Below, one piece after another: positions 1-12,248 of a stretch of 64,000 bases of DNA. A program made the translations under genes and the position numbers. Positions within the stretch are counted from its first letter, which is position 1. The number at the start of each line of letters is the position of its first letter. Origin of the DNA: Macrostomum lignano. Its lineage: Eukaryota. The stretch is taken from NCBI GenBank assembly GCA_002269645.1, contig NIVC01000003.1, forward strand, positions 372,001 through 436,000, written 5' to 3'. Below the pieces are notes generated by a model. The model did no database searches. It was not told where the DNA came from and saw only the letters and a program-made list of their open reading frames with translations.

Positions 1-159
1 TTGAATTTGCTTGAGGGATCAGCTGTAGCAACACCAGCCCCGTTTCTGCGCCCCTTTTATACTGAGGGATTCTGCCCCAATAGTTTCTGCTGCGCCAGAA
101 CGGAGCAACGCAGGCACACAAAATTCATAAACATCCACCAAATTTTTGTTGGGCCTTTG

Positions 160-885
160 TCAGATCAGATTTAGCAGTCAGACATGCCAGCTGAGTTAAG
201 GCTAGTGTCAGATTTAGCAGCCAGACACGCCAGCTGAGTTCAGGCTAGTGTCAGATTTAGCAGTCAGACATGCCAGCTGAGCTCAGGCTAGTGTCAGATT
301 TAGCAGCCAGACACGCCAGCTGAGCTCAGGCTAGTGTCAGATTTAGCAGCCAGACACGCCAGCTGAGCTCAGGCTAGTGTCAGATTTAGCAGCCAGACAC
401 GCAATCTGAGTTAAGGCTAGTGTCAGATTTAGCAGCCAGACACGCCAGCTGAAGTAAGGCTAGTGTCAGATTTAGCAGCCAGACACGCCAGCTGAGGTAA
501 GGCTAGTGTCAGATTTAGCAGCCAGACACGCCAGCTGAGCTCAGGCTAGTGTCAGATTTAGCAGTCAGACATGCCAGCTGAGCTCAGGCTAGTGTCAGAT
601 TTAGCAGCCAGACACGCCAGCTGAGGTAAGGCTAGTGTCAGATTTAGCAGCCAGACATGCCAGCTGAGCTCAGGCTAGTGTCAGATTTAGCAGCCAGACA
701 CGCCAGCTGAGGTAAGGCTAGTGTCAGATTTAGCAGCCAGACACGCAAGTTGAGTTCAGGCTAGTGTCAGATTTAGCAGCCAGACACGCCAGCTGAGCTC
801 AGGCTAGTGTCAGATTTAGCAGCCAGACACGCCAGCTGAGCTCAGGCTAGTGTCAGATTTAGCAGTCAGACACACCAGCTGAGCC
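160..885. repeat. 43-bp tandem minisatellite (GCTAGTGTCAGATTTAGCAGCCAGACACGCCAGCTGAGCTCAG), roughly 16-17 copies
   Basis: Units start at 201 and 244 (period 43). Copies are near-identical, with variation mainly in the GAG(C/T/G)T(C/A)AG segment. Confidence 0.97.
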
Positions 886-1570
886 TCAGTTCCAAGTGCT
901 GCATCGATCAATCTGAGTTTGCAGCCTCAATGGCAGGAGAGAGCAGCAGACGGCTGAGAACAATCAATGAGAATATATAAGGTAAAAAGCAAAAAAGAAC
1001 AATGACAACCCAAGGCTGCTCTGTGCAGCTCAGCTTGCTTTTGGACTAGCAAAGCGTCCTTTGTTTTCTGAGCAGGGAGCGGCTAGAGTACAGAGCGCAG
1101 TGCATTCAGAAACCGCGGAGCTGCAGCATTAAAAATAAGCTTTATTTTAGACAGGCGAGAAATAGAAGAGAGGAATAGGCAGATGAAAAACCTCAATCTG
1201 CTCGGGGATCAAAATGAGGCTGGATTTGCACCTGGGCCCGGGAGGCGTGGGCGGCCTAAACCGTTCGGGAATCTGTGGTAGGGAGTTTTAAAAAACTTTA
1301 AACTAAAAATCCCACGCATAGATGTCGGTTAGGTTGTTTTCCCGAATTGCGGCAAAAATTGAGATCCCCTCGAGAGTTTCAGTTAATTAAAGGCTGCTTG
1401 CTGCCTCTCCTCACAGGGCCCGCATCAACAAACGATTAATCATTAGTGCAGCGGCAGCTCTTCCCCTGTCACTCCCCTGACATCAGGAGGATCCGCTCTC
1501 CCGTGTCAACTTGATGAAGAGGATTTCTGGTCTGGCCAGAATCTGCAGTGCGCTGCAGATGACGGCTGGG

Positions 1571-2235
1571 GGTGAGACTGGGGAGGAGGGGGAGAGGGGG
1601 CTGGGGAGATTCTGGGGTTAGGCTGGGTAGATGGAGGAGCGGAGCTGGAGAGATTCCGGGTGAGACTGGGGAGATGGAGGAGCGGGGCTGGGGAGATTCC
1701 GGGGTGAGACTGGGGAGATGGAGGAGCGGGGCTGGGGAGATTCCGGGGTGAGACTGGGGAGGGGGGTCGGGGCTGGGGAGATTCGGGTGAGGCTGGGGAG
1801 GAGGGGAGCAGGGCTGGGGAGGAGGGGAGCGGGGCTGGGGAGATTCTGGGGTGAGGCTGGGGAGATGGAGGAGCGGAGCTGGAGAGATTCCGGGGTGAGA
1901 CTGGGGAGGAGGGGGATCGGGGCTGGGGAGATTCTGGGGTGAGGCTGGGGAGGAGGGGAGCGGGGCTGGGGAGGAGGGGAGCGGGGCTGGGGAGGAGGGG
2001 AGCGGGGCTGGGGAGGAGGGGAGCGGGACTGGGGAGATTCCGGGGTGAGACTGGGGAGGAGGGGGAGAGGGCGCTGGGGAGATTCTGGGGTGAGGCTGGA
2101 AAGGAGGGGGAGAGGGGGCTGGGGAGATTCCGGGGTGAGACTGGGGAGGAGGGGGAGAGGGGGCTGGGGAGATTCCGGGGTGAGACTGGGGAGGAGGGGA
2201 GAGGGGGCTGGGGAGATTCCGGGTGAGACTGAGAA
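1571..2235. repeat. G-rich, strand-asymmetric degenerate tandem repeat (GGGGCTGGGGAGATTCCGGGGTGAGACTGGGGAGG-like)
   Basis: Recurrent G4-G5 tracts and the motif GAGATTC(C/T)GGGGTGAG(A/G)CTGG. The ORFs at 1718-2311 are read-throughs of this repeat. Confidence 0.9.
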
Positions 2236-2557
2236 GGAGCAGAGATTTGGTCAGCTAGAATCGCTAGTTAAATTGCGCAGGAATAATTTAGAGAGATTAG
2301 ATAAGATTTGAAGCTGCTCAAGAGCAAGAGAACAGAAGAGAGGTTTTCTTGCACGCAGAGAACGCGACCAATGCCGGGGATGACTGACCAAGCAGCAGAG
2401 AAGGTTGGCTTGGGATACTTTGATCATCTTGATCCCGGATGGCTCACCGGTGGGTCGGTCTCGGACAGGTGAAGAGCTGGTGAATGAGAGAATAGACCGA
2501 GGGGATAAGTTCAGTTGGGTCTGCATTGGTCATGCGTGAGTCAGCGTGACGGGCAGC

Positions 2558-3924
2558 TCAAGCTCGTTTCTGCTGCAGCTTGATGCGATAAGGCCGCGGT
2601 ACCTCGCCGCGTCGGAGCATCCGGCGCATCCGGTCGATGTCAGGTCCGCCGCCGCCGCCGCTTCCGAGAGCGTCGAACCAGCGCAGGCCGAGATCCGCGC
2701 ACAGGGCGTGCAGCCTGGCGAAGACCTCCCCGCAGCCGCCGCTGCCCAGCCTGGCGGCCGGCTCGAAGGCCAGCAGGTTGTACAGCAGGTTCTTCGTACG
2801 CTGGTTGAGCTTCGGCCGCTCTTCAACCTTCGGCCTGGGAGCGGCGCGCCAAAGTCGCAGGTAGCGCCGCTTGGTCAGCTGCGGGTCCTCGCCGCCCGCC
2901 GGAGCCGCCGCCAGCGCCTGGCGCTTGTGCTCATCGAACGGCAGCCGGCCGTAGAGCATGTTGAAGAGCAGCGCTCCGAGGCCGAACCAGTCCGCCGAGT
3001 GGTCCACCGAGCCGCCCGACTCGTCCAGCTGCTCAGGCGGCACCCAGCGCACGGACATGAAGGTGCCGGGGTCGCAGCGGCTGCCCCAGTAGTAGTACGG
3101 GTTTTCCATTTTGCGGCCCAGCCGGCATGGCTTGGCCAGGCCGAAGTCGCCCAGCTTGGCGTCGCCGAACTCGTCCACAAACACGTTGTCCATCTTGAGG
3201 TCAAAGTGGATAAAGCCGGACTCGTGTAGGTAAGCCAGGGCCTCGGCCACCTGCAGGGCCAGGTAGAGCGAGCTGGCCTGCAGAAAGGTGGCTTCCCGGT
3301 GCTTGCTGTTGGTCTCTTCCGTGTCCACCGATATGTAGCGCAGCAGCCGCATGGCGTCCCCGACAGCGTAGTACTCGTAGACCTCGAAGGGCGTGTCGTG
3401 CGTGGTGAGCGCGTACTGCGAGTCCAGCAGCCTAGCGATGAAAGGGTGGTCGCAGTGCTGAATGTGCGCAATGCTCTTCACGATATCCATCGATTCCAGG
3501 GTGCGGCCGTGAATCTCCAGCGTCTTGGAGTTCAGCGCGGCGGCTTCGGCTTCGCGGAGTCGCCAGTCGCAGTTTTGATTTCTTTGACCACCACTGAGCT
3601 GCCTTGCATGAGGGCGAGCAGCTGGCGCTGGTCCTTGACGGATGTTGGGGACAGCGGCATGTCCTCGTGAGCCTGGAGGCGGCTCAGCCGCATGGCACAC
3701 TCGATGCGGGCCAGGTAGGTGGTCCCGAAGCTGCCCTCGCCGATGCGCGCCACGATGCGGTAGGCGGCGTTGGCCGTCTCCAGTTCGGTGCGGTCGGCCT
3801 CCCGCCGGCGCTGCGGAGACAGGTGGTGCCGGGCGCAGGCCGGGATCTCAAACACCCGCTGCGGCTGCTGTGACTGCAGGCTGCCGGCGCTGCCCGGAGC
3901 CTGCGGCCGGCGAGGCGGCGGCAT
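2558..3924 (-). CDS. Intronless Ser/Thr protein kinase, loosely AGC-like, interrupted by a 1-nt frameshift at about 3573-3576 (about 455 aa if repaired); pseudogene or assembly error
   Basis: Frame 1 (ORF 3532-4089, first ATG at 3924) has the Gly-loop IGEGSFGTTY and VVVKEIK. Frame 2 (ORF 2558-3700) continues with HCDHPFIARL, HFDLKMDN, DFG, WVPPE, DWFGLG, GRLPF and RLGSGG. The two frames meet at ATC-AAAA-CTGC. Confidence 0.85.
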
Positions 3925-5076
3925 CGCCACGAGCGATGCACGCGGAGGTTTCGCACCTCCGGAGTTGCTTCTCTGCCGCGTCAGGAAAGCCAACGAGAAG
4001 TGCAGCTGGCCTCTTGAGCGCTTCGCGTTGCGTCTCGAGGGGGGTCTCGGGGCCGTTAGATTGGCGCTAATATGAGGGAGTTGAGACAAGTGGAGAGAGA
4101 ACAGTGACGCAGGGCGGTCGCCTGGTGGAGGTCGGGGTGGGCGGTACAGTAAAGGCCGCGCTGTTTGGAGCTTTGAGGCTGGCTGTTCGCTATAGGAGCT
4201 TAGAGTTGAGGTGAGCTACAGAGCAAGCAAGCCAGGTGAGGCACAGGTACAGGTGAGAGGCCAAAACGGTTTCTTGTCGCGCGCGTGACTCTTTCTCATT
4301 CGTGCCCATGAAATGCAGAGAGCAGCCGTGCAAACCTACCACCGCAAGCCTATCAAGACAGCTGGAGCCAGGGAGGAACAGCGCCAGTGCAATGAAGACT
4401 TGCTGCAGCCGGGGCTGCATGCGCGATACAGCCTAGGGAGGCAGGCAGGGCTCTCTGAGGTGGGGAAATGGAGGGAGAGAGAAGAGCCTATTTGTATGGA
4501 CGAGAGCTGGCCGGGCCGCAGTCGCGGGAAGCAGGCGGAGAGAAGAGATGAAGCTTTAGACGGCCCTAAAACACGGGCACGAGCAACCTGAGCCCCTAAG
4601 CCAAATGCGGGCCACTTGACGTGCGAGACTGGACTGAGCCTGTGGAGAGGTTGCGGGGCGGCGGGCTGAAGTGGTGTGTGGCCCAGCGGGGTCTTTCTAA
4701 GGGCCATTTTAGCAGTCTATCAATTAAAGTCTCTCTTAAGTCAGAAATTGGATTCTCACGGTGCCCCGAGCTGGGAGTGAATTCTCAGCGGGTGAGGGTC
4801 AGCGGGGGCAATAAAACCTAAACAAATTTACCCAGGCGAAGCGAAGTCGACTGGCCGAAGCAGGTGAGAAATTTTCGCCTTTCTAAAACCAAGTTTTATG
4901 GCGCCTAGCGACCGACTCAAAAACCCGAGGCGCAGATCTGTGAGGGGCCCAGAGCTTAAGAAATTTGCTGCAAACAACCTTTGCTAGCAGCGTCTCTATA
5001 TAGCTGGAACCAAAGTACAAGCAGAACTTTCGTCGAAACATTGCTACGGCACTTTTTACAAAACATTTATCGACAC

Positions 5077-5500
5077 ATGGTGCTGGTGCTCATGGTGTTG
5101 GTGCTCATGGTGTTGGTGCTCATGGTGCTGGTGCTCATGGTGTTGGTGCTCATGGTGCTGGTGCTCATGGTGTTGGTGCTCATGGTGCTCATGGTGTTGG
5201 TGCTCATGGTGCTCATGGTGCTGGTGCTCATGGTGCTCATGGTGCTGGTGCTCATGGTGCTCATGGTGCTGGTGCTCATGGTGCTCATGGTGCTGGTGCT
5301 CATGGTGCTGGTGCTCATGGTGCTGCTGCTCATGGTGCTGGTGCTTATGTGCTGGTGCTCATGGTGTTGGTGCTCATGGTGCTGGTGCTCATGGTGTTGG
5401 TGCTCATGGTGCTCATGGTGCTGGTGCTCATGGTGCTCATGGTGCTGGTGCTCATGGTGTTGGTGCTCATGGTGCTGGTGCTCATGGTGCTGGTGCCCAT
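5077..5500. repeat. Compound 6/9/15-bp tandem repeat (GGTGCT/GGTGTT + GGTGCTCAT)
   Basis: Directly visible. It generates the spurious MVLVL and MSTST ORFs. Confidence 0.95.
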
Positions 5501-6040
5501 GGTATAGGGCTGGGCTGGCATTAAGGTCATGGGTGCTTCTGAAATGGTGCTCTCAAAAGACGTGGGCCGCATCAAACGCTCCTGGCTACGCCCCTGATGC
5601 CACAAGCAGTGCTGGTGCTGTTCATGTCTGCCCGGGGTTCCTTCACATGTAACTGAGTGAGTCACCAATGACATTGCATGACCTCGTGAGTTTGGCAGAT
5701 TTAGGGAGTTGCTAGGCATTGATAATCACCGGGGCTACTTTCAAACAATTAAATAATTTTAAGTTACCGGGATGCTGAAAAATGAAATGACATGCGTGCA
5801 TATTACGAAATGGTTTAAGAAAATTCGCCCGGACGGACATAAGCGCGCATATCACCCCCCCACCTAAAACATATTCAGAAACACTGAGGAATTCACAGTA
5901 CAGCTGCGCAACTCTGCCCTGCTTTTGGTATTTCTGGGTACATTTACGGAAACACAACCTTATAACCCAATGCGTACACTCGTTCGTTATCGTTATTCGT
6001 TATTCAAATGGTTAGCTCAACTCACTGACGCATGCCGCCC

Positions 6041-6436
6041 CGAGCCCCTAGTCCTTCAGCGGGCCGCCCGCTACCCCTAGTCCTTCAGCAGGCCGCCCGC
6101 TACCCCCTAGTCCTTCAGCCGGCTGCCCGCTACCCCCTAGTCCTTCAGCCGGCTGCCCGCTACCCCCTAGTCCTTCAGCCGGCTGCCCGCTACCCCCTAG
6201 TCCTTCAGCAGGCCGCCCGCTACCCCCTAGTCCTTCAGCCGGCTGCCCGCTACCCCCTAGTCCTTCAGCCGGCTGCCCGCTACCCCCTAGTCCTTCAGCC
6301 GGCTGCCCGCTACCCCCTAGTCCTTCAGCAGGCCGCCCGCTACCCCCTAGTCCTTCAGCAGGCCGCCCGCTACCCCCTAGTCCTTCAGCAGGCCGCCCGC
6401 TACCCCCTAGTCCTTCAGCAGGCCGCCCGCTACCCT
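6041..6436. repeat. 30-bp tandem minisatellite (CTACCCCCTAGTCCTTCAGC(A/C)GGC(C/T)GCCCG), about 13 copies
   Basis: The period of 30 is visible as two units per 60-nt row. It generates the YPLVLQPAAR ORF. Confidence 0.96.
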
Positions 6437-6718
6437 CTTTCGTTGCATACCAGCAACTGTTCCTAACTCATTCTAGAGTAATCAATTGGATGCAGCATTG
6501 CAGAATTTCAAGAAAAAAATAAATAAAAAAATAAATATTTCATTTATTTCGATTATTAAAAACTCACAAATGATGGTGACAAAGCTTCGGTTCTACAAGC
6601 ATACTACTGCCACACTGTCCAGCAAGTAGACAATAAAGTGGATTGAAATTTATTTGATACCGCCAACTTAGTTTCCAAACTGTCTACTGCCAACCGTTTG
6701 GTCATTAACATTAAGTAT

Positions 6719-7114
6719 TTAGGACGGCGAGCTGCGCAGCTGCAGGATGCTGAAGATGGCGCTGACGATGGCGCAGACCGCCGAGTAGGCCATGCGGTCC
6801 GAGTGCTGAATGGTCCGCCCAATGCCCAGCACGATGATGGCGCTGAACCCGGCGATGAAGGCGAACACCAGGCCCACGATGAGCACCACCGAGCTGCCAG
6901 TGCCCTCCACGAACAGGTAGAGGAAGTTGAGCATCACGGCCAGGAAGTAGGAGCAGACCCCGATGATGAGGAAGGCCTCGTAGGCGGTTGCCAGGCTGGA
7001 GTTGGTGGTCACCAGGCCGACGCTGCCGGCGTCCAGCCACACCACGAGGCCGACTGTGATGAGCACGAAGCCCGCCTTCATCCACACGGAGCCGCTCTGG
7101 AAGGTGCCAGACAT
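6719..7114 (-). CDS. Small 131-aa protein with four predicted transmembrane segments (claudin/tetraspan-like topology; family unassigned)
   Basis: ATG at 7114 (MSGTFQSG...), preceded 12 nt upstream by the acceptor-like CTTCAG. It has four hydrophobic stretches, GC3-rich codons and a stop at 6719. Confidence 0.75.
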   Translation of the reverse strand: MSGTFQSGSVWMKAGFVLITVGLVVWLDAGSVGLVTTNSSLATAYEAFLIIGVCSYFLAVMLNFLYLFVEGTGSSVVLIVGLVFAFIAGFSAIIVLGIGRTIQHSDRMAYSAVCAIVSAIFSILQLRSSPS

Positions 7115-7282
7115 CGCGCTGCGAGCCTGAAGCACCGAAGTGGGAAGAGAAGGGGGCGGCACGCTAGCTTCGCAAGCACTTCCATCTGGCCCTAGCATGC
7201 AAGATTTACATGAAAGCAGACACTGATTTTTCCCGCGCTGCATTTCTGGCAAAACGGATTTCTTTGATGACTTGGCAAAAAA

Positions 7283-7466
7283 TCTGTGAATGCAGATCTG
7301 TGAGCGCAGATCAGTGACTGAAGATCAGTGACTGCAGATCAATGAGTGCAGATCAGTGACTGAAGATCAGTGAGTGCAGATCAGTGATTGCAGATCAGTG
7401 ATTGCAGATCAATGAGTGCTGATCAGTGACTGCAGATCAATGCATATCAGTGAGTGCAGATCAGTG
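7283..7466. repeat. 14-bp degenerate tandem repeat (GCAGATCAGTGA(C/G/T)T)
   Basis: About 12 visible copies upstream of the 4-TM gene. Confidence 0.9.
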
Positions 7467-8685
7467 CTACTTGAACAGGAACAAATCAAGAAAAAAGAAA
7501 GTAAAAGAAGAAGATAAGAAGCTTAGCAATGCCCCGTAACAAAAAACTTACTTTTTAATAATCGGTTCTAGTCACTTTTCTTTTTTCGGAAATCTTGCAG
7601 GCTGTGTCCTTTTCTGCAGTTTTCTTTCGGTTTCTTCCATCAAGCCGCCGAGCCATTTTAACCCCGATGCGAAATGGAGGAAAGGCAAACAGGAGTGGCC
7701 ACGCAAGTTTTTCTTTCTGCTCCTCCCGCCCACAATTTTTGGGCTCGAAGTGTGCAAGAAAGCATTGAGATTTGGACGAGCGGCAACCTCGGGCCCCCTG
7801 AGCTCGCCCTGCCCGCCTGGGTGGGTCCGGCCGGGCCTGACTTGCGCCGCCATTTCTCTCATTGTTTACAAGACTGCGAATTCCTGCCACCTCTCCGTTG
7901 CGACCTTTCAGTAGGCCATCATCTAATGCCAAATTAAGTTCAAAACCGGTTGAACACAGCGAAACTGGGCAACGCATTTCACAGCGTTTCTCTCCGTGTG
8001 TTGTTATTGTTTTTACCTTATTTCAGCTGGCTGCGGCCGAGAGAAATGTAAAAATAGATTCATTAAATAGCCTCATTGTGAATTGGTGTGTCTGCGCATT
8101 AACGATAGACCGAATTACAGGACAGTCAAACGGACAGACAGACACTAAGACAGACAGACAGACGGACACGTATCACAAGAAGCAGCCAAAACCAACAGGA
8201 AAAAGACCAAAAGACAGAAGCTACGGTTCGCAACGTCTTGAACAATAAATCAGCTTTTCCTGCTGGCACAAAGCGGTCTATTTGCCAAAGGAATATCGCT
8301 AGTTAATGTCACAGGGTGGGAGCGGCAGAGCTGCGGAGGGGGAAAACTGGAGGCGCAGGTAAAGAAGAAAAAGCAGAGAAGTGTCAATGAGAAGCAGAAC
8401 AGAATAATGCTATGTAATAAACAGTTACGCTTGTGTCTCTGCAGATTTGTAAGCATTGCAGCCGCAAGACCCAGATGACAACCAGGATGACCGGGAAGCC
8501 TGAACAGACTGCAGGGATGCGAGACGCTACTCTAACACAGGTAATCTGAAGTCCTTCTCACAGTAGACGGCTGCGGCACCTCTAACGCTTGAGGAAAAGT
8601 TTAGAAGCCTCAATCAGTCTTTTCTACTCAAAAAAAGACATTGCCGCAAGTTAAAGATAATGAATGTGATCCACACCAGCTGGTC

Positions 8686-11600
8686 TCAGGCGTTCTGCTG
8701 CAGCCGCTCGCCCAGGTGGCGAAGCTCCTCGGCCACCGGCGGCGGCAGGTCGCGGTTGAGCTGGCTGCTGAAGTAGGTCTCCAGCTCCTTGCACTCATTC
8801 AGCCAGAAGTCCACGGGCACGGAGAACAGCGCGTCGACGTTGACGGGGCTGTCAAGGCCTTCCAGGTTCAGCGCGTTCGGCTTAGGCAGGCGGCCGATGG
8901 GCGAGTCCACAGCGCAGTCCTCGTTGTCCACCCGGCGGCAGATCCAGTCCAGCACGCGGCAGTTCTCGCCAAAGCCGGGCCACATGAACTTGCCGTCCTC
9001 GCCTTTGCGGAACCAGTTCACGTGGAAGATCTTCGGCAGCTGGAGGCCGGGCTTCTCGTCGAAGCTCAGCCAGTGGTCGATGTAGTCGGCAAAGTTGTAG
9101 CCGAAGAACGGGCGCATGGCGAAGGGGTCGTGCATGATCACCTTGGTGTTGTGCTCAGCTGCCGCGGTGGCCTCCGAGCGCATCGCGGCACCAAGGAAGA
9201 CGCCGTGGCGCCAGTTGTTGGCCTCAAACACCAGCGGCACCCCGGCTGGCCGGCGGCCGCCGAAGATGATGGCGCTGATGGGAACGCCGGCCGGGCTCTC
9301 CCAGTCGGGGTCCATGGAGGGGCACTGCGAGGCCGGGGCGCAGAAGCGGGAGTTGGGGTGCGCGGCCAGGATGCGGTTGTACGGCGTCCACATCTCGCCC
9401 TTCCAGCTGGTGACGCCGACCGAGGTGTCCACCTGGGTAGCGGGACAGCGGCGGGGTGGGGCGTGAAAATGTAGATTCTAGAGTTGATGCGAGATTGCCT
9501 ACTGACAATTAATAGAGCATCGGGCCTGCGATTCAACTCTTATCGATGTTCTCAACTCCAGGTTTTTGGCAGATCTTTGCTGGTTTCTGAGGGAGGTTCG
9601 GGCAGGTCTTTGCTGGTTCTTGAGGGAGGTTCGGACAGGTCTTTGCTGGTTCTTGAGGGAGGTTCGGACAGGTCTTTGCTGGTTTCTGAGGGAGGTTCGG
9701 ACAGGTCTTTGCTGGTTCTTGAGGGAGGTTCGGACAGGTCTTTGCTGGTTCTTGAGGGAGGTTCGGACAGGTCTTTGCTGGTTCTTGAGGGAGGTTCGGG
9801 CAGATCTTTGCTGGTTCTTGAGGGAGGTTCGGGCAGGTCTTTACTGGTTCTTGAGGGAGGTTCGGGCAGGTCTTTGCTGGTTCTTGAGGGAGGTTCGGGC
9901 AGGTCTTTGCTGGTTCTTGAGGGAGGTTTGGGTAGGTCTTTGCTGGTTTCTGAGGGGGGTTCGGTAGCGGAATGGGCGACCCTCGCCTCCCCGCTGTGTC
10001 TACGGACCACCCTGCAGCTAAGTCAAGAGGGGGGTTCGGGCAGGTCTTTGTTGCTTTTTGAGGGACATTCGGGCAGGTCTTTGTTGCCTTTTGAGGGAGG
10101 TTCGGGCAGGTCTTTGTTGCTTTTTGAGGAAGATTCGGGCAGGTCTTTGCTGTTTAAAGGGAGCCTTTTGCGCACTGCTCTCCAAGGTACGCCAATCGAT
10201 TTCCAGGACCAGCAGGCAGCCGCCCGCTCACCTCCTTCTCGAGGCCCTCCCAGAAGACGCCGCCATCGTCAGTCTCGGCCACATTGGTGAAGATGGTGTT
10301 TCGCTGAATCGTCTTCATGGCGTTGGGATTCGTGTGGCTGCAGGTGCCGGGCGCCACGCCGAAGAACCCGGCCTCGGGGTTGATGGCCCGAAGGACGCCC
10401 TCGGAGTCGAATTTCATCCAGGCGATGTCGTCGCCAACGCACTCGACCTGGCGGGTGCGGGGAGCCGGGAGCAAACAATTTATAACATTAATATTTCATA
10501 ATCATTTATACTTCAAGATGAGCAAAGTGAGCTATAAATGTTTATAAATGCATAAATTGAGATATATTAGACAGTAATTTTATTATCTATATAATATATA
10601 GACAGTATTTTTATTATTGTTAGGATTCTTGAGACTTCAAGACTTCTTGATCAATTGTCAATTTTAGGCAATCTGTAAACATGGAGTCTGAAGACACAAT
10701 GCAACTTTGGTGTGTTAGCAGAAATGCTCAGCAGTATAAAGGGTAGGGTAGTAGAGGTGCTAGTATTTTTTTTGATTATTAGCTTTTTAACATGGCACTC
10801 TGGATTTCAATTTAGCTTCATAAATTTGGATCCAGAGATACCTAATGGCACCATGATGCTAATGCTCAAAAACCAAGGATTTTATTATATTATTAATTAA
10901 TATTTATATAGTGTTATTAAACTTTATAAACTTTTTATAGATCTATAAAAAAATAAACAAAAATAAATAACTTAAACATAATATAACTATAATATAGAAA
11001 AACATTATGTCAAATTATTAGACTAAGGATGGGATGTAAAAAGTAAGAATAAAAAATCTGTGGGTCTCCCATAGATGGCCTGCATATGGTCATGGGCGTG
11101 GGTGGCAACAATTGTTTGAGCATTTCTAGCAATAGAATAGTATATATATAGTATACCCAAAAATTAAACAGTATTTAAACAATATAAAATTTAACAAAAA
11201 CCAAAAGAACTAAATTTATACAGAAATAAACAAAGCTAAACAGACTTTCTAAATTATTGCATCTATAAATTTGAATTTAAAATCATACCTTATATCCTGG
11301 CAGTGTAGGCTGCATCATGGCCAAGTTGGTCTTTCCACAGGCAGATGGGAATGCAGCAGCAACATACTTCTTCTTGCCCTGTGGATTGGTGATGCCAAGG
11401 ATGAGCATGTGCTCAGCCAGCCAGCCTTCCCGCTTGGCCAAGATGGAGCCCAGGCGCAGGGCAAAGCACTTCTTGCCCAGCAGCGAGTTGCCACCATAGC
11501 CAGACCCGAAGCTGGCGATCTCGTTGCGATCGGGAATGTGGGAGATGAGGATCTTGGACGGGTTGCAGGGCCAGTTCTGCACCAGCGGCTTGCTGACACC

Positions 11601-12248
11601 TGAGAATGGCAGGCCGACCGAGTGCAGGCACTTGACAAAATTGTCGCCCTGAATAGCCCCAAGAGCGTCCTTGCCCATTCGGGTCATGATGCGCATGGAG
11701 GCCACCACATAGGGCGAATCAGTGACCTGGATGCCCACCTTGCTGATCGGGCCGCCCACTGGACCCATGGAGAATGGGATGATGTACATTGTTCGGCCCT
11801 CCATGCAGCCGGGGAATCGATCCCGCAGTGCATTCTCCAGCTCGGCAGGAGACAGCCAGTTGCCCAGCTGGCCTTTGACGCCCTCCTTGGGCACCGGGAC
11901 AGTTTCGCGCTTGTCGGAGGTGCTGATGACGGTCTTACTCTCGACGCGGGCAACATCGGCAGGGTCCGTGCGCACCAGCCAGCAGTTGTCCATCTTGCGC
12001 AGCGGTTTGGCAATGCCAGCGCGTCGCATGATTTCCAGAAAGCGTTTGTTCTCTTCCTCGGAGCCGTCGCACAAGTACACATCGTCCGGCTGGCAGATGT
12101 TGGCCTTCTCTTTAACGTAATTGCGAGCAATGGTGGGGAGGCTGCTCAGAGTTGTTGGTATGTCAGCTAAGCCGCGACATGGCGTTAGTTTGACTTGCAG
12201 GCTGGAGCTGAGGAGCCGGTAAATTCCAGGTCGAAAAATCCCAGACAT
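8686..12248 (-). CDS. PCK: Phosphoenolpyruvate carboxykinase (GTP), 640 aa, probable mitochondrial presequence; exons 12248-11289, 10447-10232, 9432-8686
   Basis: Motifs [72 protein letters not shown] and FHVNWFRK. Both introns are GT-AG in phase 0. The N-terminus is rich in Arg/Ser/Leu and lacks acidic residues. Confidence 0.98.
9566..10155. repeat. 33-bp tandem minisatellite in PEPCK intron 2 (GGCAGGTCTTTGCTGGTTCTTGAGGGAGGTTCG)
   Basis: About 12 pure copies at 9566-9965 plus degenerate copies at about 10030-10155. It generates the [11 protein letters not shown] ORFs. Confidence 0.96.

Noticed and set aside
160-885. CRISPR-like appearance of the 30-43-bp repeat arrays
   Set aside because: The units are head-to-tail with no unique spacers, there are no cas genes, and the context is eukaryotic.
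3560-3600. Programmed -1 ribosomal frameshift as the main explanation for the kinase break
   Set aside because: There is no canonical slippery heptamer. A homopolymer indel is simpler, so recoding is kept only as a remote alternative.
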